This document shows, piece after piece, positions 54,391-64,000 of a stretch of DNA of 64,000 bases; position 1 is the first letter of the stretch, and each line of letters begins with the position of its first letter. Both the position numbers and the translations under genes were made by a program. This stretch comes from Octopus vulgaris (taxonomy: Eukaryota), in assembly GCA_951406725.2 (NCBI GenBank), contig OX597821.1, forward strand, positions 106,020,001-106,084,000, in the 5' to 3' direction. A model generated the notes under the pieces. That model was not told the origin of the DNA. It did not search any database and saw only the letters and a program-made list of their open reading frames with translations.

Positions 54391-54918
54391 ATTACTTTAT
54401 ATAATTAGGGTTCAGCCAAAAAATTACTTTACCACACACCGAACTTTTAGAAATAGCACGATGTCGAGGATGGTTTGACTAAGGTTACTCAGATCAGACG
54501 GGTACGTTCGATCTTTAGTGCTCTCAAATTTAAATTTAATGTAATCTGGTGCTGATGACGGGAATGTTTGAATAGGGATGTATTTCTAGCATCTCTATAT
54601 ATAACTAACCCAGAAACGCGTTCACAAGTAATCTAATTTTCGAGTGAACTTTCGTTATTTTTCCCTCTATGCGTACGTGAATTGTTTTTGAGCATACATT
54701 ATCTGGGAGACTCTTTTTATAGTAGTGGAAATAGTTAAATTCTTTGGCTGCTATTTCTAAAAGTTCGGTGTGTGGTAAAGCAATTTTTTTGGTGAACCCT
54801 AATTATATAAAGTAATATTTATATTTACCGTAAATGGTCCTTTTACATACTGAACACTGCTTGGTAAAATTATTAATTACTAATTAATTAATTAATTTTA
54901 CCCTTATTATTATTGACT
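54389..54918 (+). mobile_element. Short PLE-derived element in (TA)n with inverted partial pLTR and hammerhead
   Basis: Inverted repeat 54391-54458 vs about 54749-54816, 3' tail to 54918, homologous to 20447-20754. Confidence 0.8.
54546..54628 (+). ncRNA. Type I hammerhead motif with intact core
   Basis: ctggtg-CTGATGA-cggg...atagggatg/catctctat...ccca-GAAA-cgcg-TT-cacaag. Palindromic CGCG stem III, GUU triplet. Confidence 0.85.
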
Positions 54919-54999
54919 ATATATATATATATATATATTTAAAACTTGTTTAAATAACTGTTCCGCAAGAGAAAAGTAGCGAGAAAAACAGCCAGAAGG

Positions 55000-55762
55000 A
55001 GGAAATATCTTCATTTATATAGAAGATAAAAAATAAAATCACAAATGGCAAATAGAAAAACGAACATGCAATCCATCTTGCCCGAGGGCGTTTATACATC
55101 CCTATTTGTTAACGGTTATTTTAAATACATTTCTCTTGTTTCAAAAAGAGTGCATTTTCTTTGCATTTATACAGAAAGCTTCAGACAGAAATGTGATCCA
55201 AAAGATTCTTTTCAAACCGATCATGTGGTATCTAAACATCGTAGCGATTTGAATATCCAAGCTTCACTAAGTATTCACGGATGGTCGATTTTTATAAATA
55301 TAGTGTTTCTGTCAATTCCCGCGTTGAGTGGTGCAGGTTATTTTCAGTCAATATCTTGAATTGGTCGTCACCTGAAGTGGGGGTAGGGGTGCCTGAGTGT
55401 TCTTCATCAATAAGGCTACAATCTCCAGCTCAAAACTTAACGAACCACTTCAGCACACTTCTGTCAGCTGAAGAACCATCATCGTACGCAATAAATATCG
55501 TTTTGTTGCTTGCCAGGCATTTTTGACTTTAGGTAATGAAAAAAAAACTGCATCTAGTGTCTAAAATGCACCATATCTTCCATTTTCATACGGATGCAAA
55601 ATAAACAGGAATTAAGTAATTTTAAACTTTCTTTCTCAGGTGATAGATTGAAGTATGCACTAACCGGAAATGTTAGCATGTTATATGCGTCTACAAATTT
55701 GATGTGTTCTAATGTGTTGGAATATGAACGACTAAAAATGACGAACTTTCTGGACAACCCAA
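55000..55762 (-). mobile_element. Mariner 5' half, related to the 51610 element, decayed
   Basis: Minus strand TIR ttgggttgtccagaaagttc next to TA. MEDMVHFRH, KWFVKF*AGDCSL, DDQFKIL, GYSNRYDV*IPH. Confidence 0.85.
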
Positions 55763-55907
55763 TATATATAGAGAGAGAAGGCTGGTTGTTACTGCCGATG
55801 GGAGAGTGACAATCGGTTTCGCGTTCAACTGTAAAGGTTACTGGTATGACTCAAATGTTCGGAGGTTCATAACTTCACTACATACATAGGCGCACACACA
55901 CACATAT

Positions 55908-56070
55908 AGGACGGGCTTCTTTGAGTTTCCGCGCACCAAATCCACTGACAAGGCTTTGATCGGCCCGAGGCTATACTAGAAGATATTTGCCCAAGCTGAC
56001 ACAGACTGGACGGAACCCGGAACCATGTGATTGGTAAGCAAGGTTCTTACCACACAGTCACTCCTGCGCC
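55908..56070 (-). mobile_element. SINE 5' part (family of 22779-23235)
   Basis: Minus strand ggcgcaggagtgactgtgtggtaag...ggttccgggttcc...ggaaactcaaagaagcccgtc. Confidence 0.85.
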
Positions 56071-56489
56071 TTCATATATATATACATTGATGTCATATAT
56101 TTGAAAGAGATTGATCAAGCGACTGAATAAAGAACCTCTGCAAATTGGGAGAAAAGTCTACATAGCGATTATGTGTAGAAGCGCTTACAAATTAGTTTCC
56201 TTCATATAATGAATGTTTTAGATATTTGAAAGCATGAGAAGACCACACTTCTTTATGCTCCTTTACTCACACAAACACAAACGAATACGCAAATATTAGG
56301 TATGCATGCATGTACATATTTATGTATATATGTATGTGCACATTTATGTATATATGAATGGAGGTATGCATCGATATGATTGATACCATGTATGTATACG
56401 TGTGTCAGTTTGTACATTTTAAACTATGCTTATTGAGGAATGTTTGTGTTGCATTCATGGATTCTAAAATTTAAACTCTAACGAAGTAT

Positions 56490-56822
56490 GATTTAGAAGT
56501 TCCCAGAATGTTTTGATTTCTTACACATCGGATTTCGTTCGTTTTGACTATTACCTCCTTGGATCGCTCAAAGATCTTTTACGAGGACATCGATTTGCTA
56601 GAAGGGCAAGACGCGGTTCATCCATGGCTTAATGACCAGCGTATTTCATCTTTTTTGATGAAATAAGTAAGACTGTGAACCCCTGGAAGGAGTGCATTGA
56701 AAAAGAAGGAGTGCATTGGAAAAGAAGGAGTTTATGTCGAAAACTGATGCAACTGTTCGACCACTGGCTTTGTTTTAAGGAATTACAGAAACAAGAGGAC
56801 GAATAATTTTTGACTTAAACAT
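56490..56822 (+). mobile_element. Mariner 3' fragment
   Basis: FDYYLLGSLKDLLRGHRF (degenerate PSDYHLF..LK..LRG.RF), AVHPWLNDQ, WKECIEKEG..YVEN*. Confidence 0.75.
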
Positions 56823-56829
56823 ATATATG

Positions 56830-57226
56830 CATTCTTTTCTACTCTAGGCACAAGGAACGAAAGGTTTTGGGAAGGAGACAGTTGATTAGATCAACTCCAA
56901 TACGCAACTGGTACTTAGTTTATCAACCCCGAAAGAATGAAAGACAAAGTCGACTTTCGCAGAATTTGAACACAGAACGTAAAGACAGACCAAATACTTA
57001 TTTGTTTACTACCCACAAGGAGCTAAATACAGAGGAGACAAACAAGGACAGACAAACGCTTCAAGTCGATTACATCGATCCTAGTGCGTAGCTAGTGCTT
57101 AATTTATCGACCCCGAAAGGATGAAAGGCAAAGTCGACCTCGGCGGAATTTGAAGTCAGAACGTAAAGACACGAAACCTACTAAGTCTTTCCCCCACCGG
57201 GCTAACGTTTCAGCCAGCTCGCCGCC
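56830..57226 (-). mobile_element. Two adjacent SINE copies (family of 36692-36925)
   Basis: tttatcgaccccgaaaggatgaaaggcaaagtcgacct-like block occurs at about 56920 and 57105. Confidence 0.85.
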
Positions 57227-57782
57227 TTACATTTACATATGCATTAGATTATATATTAACATATTTCATTATGTTATAATATATTCCATTGATAAAAATA
57301 CATTTGTTATTTTCTCTTTCTTCGCATATTTACGCTTTCAGTGTATATATATATTTTATGGAATGTAAGTGGCCGTAATAAGACGAGTAGGATGAAAAAT
57401 GTACGTCATACATACTCAAGCACCAATTTGAATAATTTAACACATCGCAATAATCTATGCAGTTAAGGAAAAGTTAAATATTAATTGAAATGCTGCAATT
57501 TATAAACACATGCGATCGATATGTAAACTGTATTGCGCAGTGTTATCAAAATACATTGATATTAACTAATATTCAGTTGTGGAAAACATTTTAATACGAA
57601 GTTGGAAACAACATAAACTTCTATACATAATTTTATGTGTATGAGAATTCAAACTTATAAATTGACAATATCTCGTATGTAGTTTTAATTTCTAAATTTA
57701 TTGAGAACAACTTCGTTACGAAATGGTTTTATGTTGTCATAATTCGTTGATATTTATTTACAGGCATTCGTGTTTACACACA

Positions 57783-57830
<48 letters not shown>

Positions 57831-58699
57831 GAGTGCTCACACACAGGCGCACGCATACATACGCATTCGCACATAAACACTCACACACGCATATATATAT
57901 ATATATATATATACATATAGAGAGAGAGAATGAGAAAGAGAGAGAGAGGGGAGATGGAGAAAGAGTGAGGGCATAAAACTGTAGCACTCGACGATTTTGC
58001 CGCCTGTGTCAAGTGTGTGTCTTTTTTTATTGCAATAAGCTTGTTGATATAGAAATTGCATACATGAATACATTACTGTTGTGGTTTATTTATAGCGAAT
58101 TCCATAATTGTGAGATCGTCGTGTTGCAGGAAGGAATATCAATCTAAATACAAAACAAAAAGAAAACCTCAAAATAAAAATAAACGCACATTTCTCACGA
58201 ACATGATCAGTGATATGAATAAGGCGCTTAGAGACTTTATATATACACACATATTTATTTTATTAGTATTTCGCTGAGGCATAATGAGACTAATAACACT
58301 ATATGTATGTTTTATAAAATAATGTTACATGAGTATAGGGTGATCATAAGAAACAAAGAGATGACACACCAGAGAAAAACAAAGACCACGTGATTAATTT
58401 CATTAACTAACAGCTGTTTGTTCTATAACCCAAACTTTTTCAGAATTTTCGTCTTAAAGACCCACTCACATTTTTTCGACGATTTGCTGAACCCAACCCC
58501 CGCTCCAAAATGAAAAATCAGAGAAGACGAACAAAGCAAAATGACCTTGTAGAAAATAATTTTTCATAAGATATAATTTTACGGATAAAATTTAAAAAAA
58601 AAACTTTCAATGATAGGGATGTTTGGTCTGTAATATATCATCAATTTTAGACTGTTTTTGATAATGCGTCTCTCATGTCATGCGCAAAATCCAGTTTAT

Positions 58700-59680
58700 T
58701 ACGAGCCTTTGTTTTAATTGCGAGTAAAGTTTCAAAGCCGTCTCACATTCGTACGTTGTTGCGAATGGAACGATGAATTTGGGGGTCCAGTTTGGCAACA
58801 TCTGGATAGGACTGCATCATTTCAACCCAGAATTCAGTGCAAACACATGTTACGAAAGGCGGTTTTTGCTCTTCCATCATTCAGCAAGTCAATGAAGTGT
58901 TCTTAAATGAAGTAATCTTCTGGCTAATGTTTAACAACAGAGATTGCAATGGGATTCGTGATTAAATGATGAACTTTTTCGAAGTAATATAGGTCGGGGA
59001 AGTCGGAGAATTTTTTAAAAATTTCAGCGTGAAGAATTAAGTCATGCTGTTTCATTATGCCGAAGATGTCACCATCAATTCGAAGGCTGTCTTCATCAAG
59101 GAAATGGTGCCAAAATTCTCACATTCCAAATTCGACTGCCACAAACGGAGCTTCATTGGAGAACAGTGATGCCCTTTCCTTGTAACGGTAAGTTAACAGA
59201 ATTAACTGATTCAAAAATGTAGGCCAAAAAGGAGAGACATATAAGGAACCGAGCTTTGGAGAATTCTTTATGCAGTTCATTTTTAGCACAACGAAGTAGT
59301 AATTCGAGTATGTCCTTTCGTAGAACAAAGACACTTTTCAGTACTCTTCTCTTGAATAACCACCGCACATGGGAATACATTAAAAGCGTTTTAAAATCAG
59401 AGCCATTGTCCTTGCACAAGTCAGCAAAAAAGATGGGAGTTTAGAGAATTGTCTTTGATAAAATTTACCGCTTGCACCACATCATTCAAAGCATTCTTCA
59501 AATGGTCGGGCAGTGTTTTAACCGTCAATGCTTGGGGATGAAGTTTACAATGCGTACCAGTTGCGTTACCAGACTTCTCTTTCATACTCATTGTATGATA
59601 GCCAAAGCGGCAACCAAGCATTGTTAGAGTACCGTTGGTGCACACACCAACAACGTGTTCCCAGTTTATGCCAAATGTAG
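58700..59680 (-). mobile_element. hAT (Buster/ZBED8/SCAND3-like) transposase remnant
   Basis: WEHVVGVCTNGTLTMLG, THCKLHPQAL (CxxH), VVQAVNFIK, LLMYSHVRWL (RW motif), with frameshifts. Confidence 0.88.
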
Positions 59681-59839
59681 GGCAAAAGTATAGAATTACA
59701 CGTATTCGCTTCTGCCAGAATGAAAACCTAAGAAAAATGAGGCACAGATATAGTCACACCGAGACTACATTCATGCATATATGTTCCTGTATATATATAT
59801 ATATATGTCTTCCCTTCTCCGGATCTTTCCTTCTCCTAT

Positions 59840-59874
59840 GTTTACGATGAAGAGCTCCGCTCGAAACGTTAAAC
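59840..59874 (+). ncRNA. Minimal hammerhead motif (C3 mutated)
   Basis: gttt-ACGATGA-a-gagc(tcc)gctc-GAAA-cg-TT-aaac, in a ~160-bp insert (59806-59963) between (TA)n tracts. Confidence 0.65.
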
Positions 59875-59960
59875 CCTCCTTCTTTCCTGAGCGTCCAATA
59901 ATACTATATTTGTTCCACGTCTTCGCGTTGTTGTGTTTTTTGTGCTTTCATGTTTGGGTA

Positions 59961-60031
<71 letters not shown>

Positions 60032-60036
<5 letters not shown>

Positions 60037-60330
60037 GGTTATGAGATGTAATGGTGTCAAGACCCAAAGGTGTCAGGTAATGTTAAGTAGGTGCTATGGA
60101 TAGACCATAGTTAAACTCCATGTTCGGTGATTATGCGAATAAGGAGTCCAACGTAGGTCTTATATCAGCGTGTGTATATACAATTTTTTTTCAGTATGCG
60201 ATAAAAAAAAACACGGCTGTAAAGATATTAAAACATTTATAAATAGCTCTTACAGCCCTAATATCTAACATGTTCTAATACCTTCACAGCCTTGTTTTTT
60301 TTATCCCATTCTGAAAAGGAATTATATGTC
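60032..60330 (-). mobile_element. PLE-type pLTR fragment with short inversion (family of 37950-38227)
   Basis: 60032-60245 is a diverged reverse complement of 38025-38225. About 60260-60328 is an inverted copy of about 60175-60240. (TA)n flanks. Confidence 0.7.
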
Positions 60331-60338
60331 TGTAAATA

Positions 60339-62135
<1,797 letters not shown>

Positions 62136-62322
62136 TACATATATATATATACAAGCAGTCTATGAAGAACAGATAAATCTCCCACAATACCGTCAAATTC
62201 CAATATGTAGCCACATAGACTCTTGCGCTAGCGATAAAAAATCCCAAATTTCACATATTCCCTTTCTACCAATGTAAAGACATATATATATATATATATG
62301 AAACGCACAAATATGTGCATAA

Positions 62323-62410
<88 letters not shown>

Positions 62411-64000
62411 TATAAGTATATATGTATATATATATGCATACATATATGTATATATCTACATATAGATATACATGTTTCTATATATATATATATAACCATT
62501 ATACATTATATATAAATATACGTACACATATTTATGACCGTTATACTCAACCTCCTACAAATGTGTGACATAATGTTTTTGAAATCTACCTAACTACAAT
62601 ATGCTTCCTGTCTACATCTGTAGACAATGACATTTTCTCTAGTGTTGAAGAACAATCAATTTTACGACAATATTGAGCCGGATTAGAATGAAGTTATATC
62701 CTGGACAATGAATAGATTTCTAATACTTGTTACTCGTATTATTGAATATTACTGTATATTAAATATTCTTGAAGTAAGATTTTTAATCAGTGCTAAATCA
62801 ATCCAGATTCATTGTGTGCGCTCTGATGCTGTTTCTGTTTATTTTTATTGAGAATTATTTTGTATTGATAAGATGGTGTTAACTTGTGTATTGAAGAATA
62901 GAATATTTTTTATAGTATGCATTGCGTGTTAGGTTCGTGTGGGTTTTAATGACGATAGACTACATGTTTATCTTTAATAAACCAAAATCATCGTCGTTTA
63001 ACTTTTATTGTTATCGGAATATATTACGAAAGCTACATTTTTACATTGTTGCCTGACATTAGTGCAACTTGGTGTGCCACAGTCGATGTAGTTCGTAATT
63101 ACTTAACCAAAACGCGAAGACGTTAACTTCGCGTGTGAGTTGCGGATAATGCTCTGTCCCTATTCATCGGAGATTACTTTAATTGAAGGCTGATCTGCGA
63201 CTAAAGAAACGTGTTTGTTTAACATAAAGGGCATGTTACTCTTGCTTCCAAAATGCACCAGTTTCTTTATTTACAAAAGCCTGGCATGGTCTGAATTATA
63301 AAAGAAAACTAGAACATACTCTAATATGTTGGGATATTCTAAGATACGTCGGCTGACAGAAGTGCTGCTTCATTCTGGTTATTAGACCTCTAAGGTTTTG
63401 ATTCAAACCCTCAATACAGTATCATCATCTTTCCCAGCTCTACCTTCAACGCCATTCTCATAAATTTCTGTTCTCTTTCATTCTTCCACTACAAACACGT
63501 CATCATTACCATGATCATACAAATCACTAAAACCCATCAGCAGCTAAAAACATCCTCAATATCATCATCATTATCAACATCTTCCTCATCGTTGTCGTCG
63601 TCGTCATCATCATCATCATTTTGTCATCGGCTTTATCATTTACCACAAAGCGACAAATAGTACTATTTGTATATCTTTATAGCATATCAGTTTCTAGCAA
63701 ATTTCGCTCAATCAAACAAAACATTAGTTGCAACACTTATCATTTCTCCCTTATCACCATTAACTCTAATAGCGCTTGCCCGAATTTCTCTTTGAATTGC
63801 CATACAAGAACCACTGTTAGTTTCTGTTACTCAGTCCTTGACAGGTCTGGAGCAATACAAAAGCCTTTTATTCGAAGCAATACTTTAGAAAGCCTTCTTT
63901 CCGTATACATACATACATACATACATACATACATACATACATACATACATGCATACATAATTAAATAAGTCAACATTTTAACATCCTAAAGCTGATGAAG

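Overview
AT-rich, repeat-saturated eukaryotic DNA. The SINE families and the density of (TA)n/(TG)n/(TAA)n/(GAA)n microsatellites point to an octopus/cephalopod genome (inference). Nearly all ORFs in the supplied track are microsatellite artefacts. Supported content: two Penelope-like retroelements (PLEs) with RT and/or GIY-YIG remnants; many short PLE-derived elements sitting in (TA)n tracts with an inverted partial pLTR; RLE-clade non-LTR 3' ends in (TAA)n/(TAC)n; a LINE RT fragment; Tc1/mariner and hAT remnants; a Helitron nested inside another Helitron's Rep gene; and several tRNA-derived SINE families. The main hidden signal is about 11 full-length type I hammerhead-ribozyme motifs (some intact, most degenerate) plus half-motifs, mostly with a family-specific self-complementary stem III. 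One coherent candidate host promoter plus first coding exon lies on the minus strand at about 39.1-39.5 kb. All coordinates and pairings were read by eye, so element boundaries are approximate.
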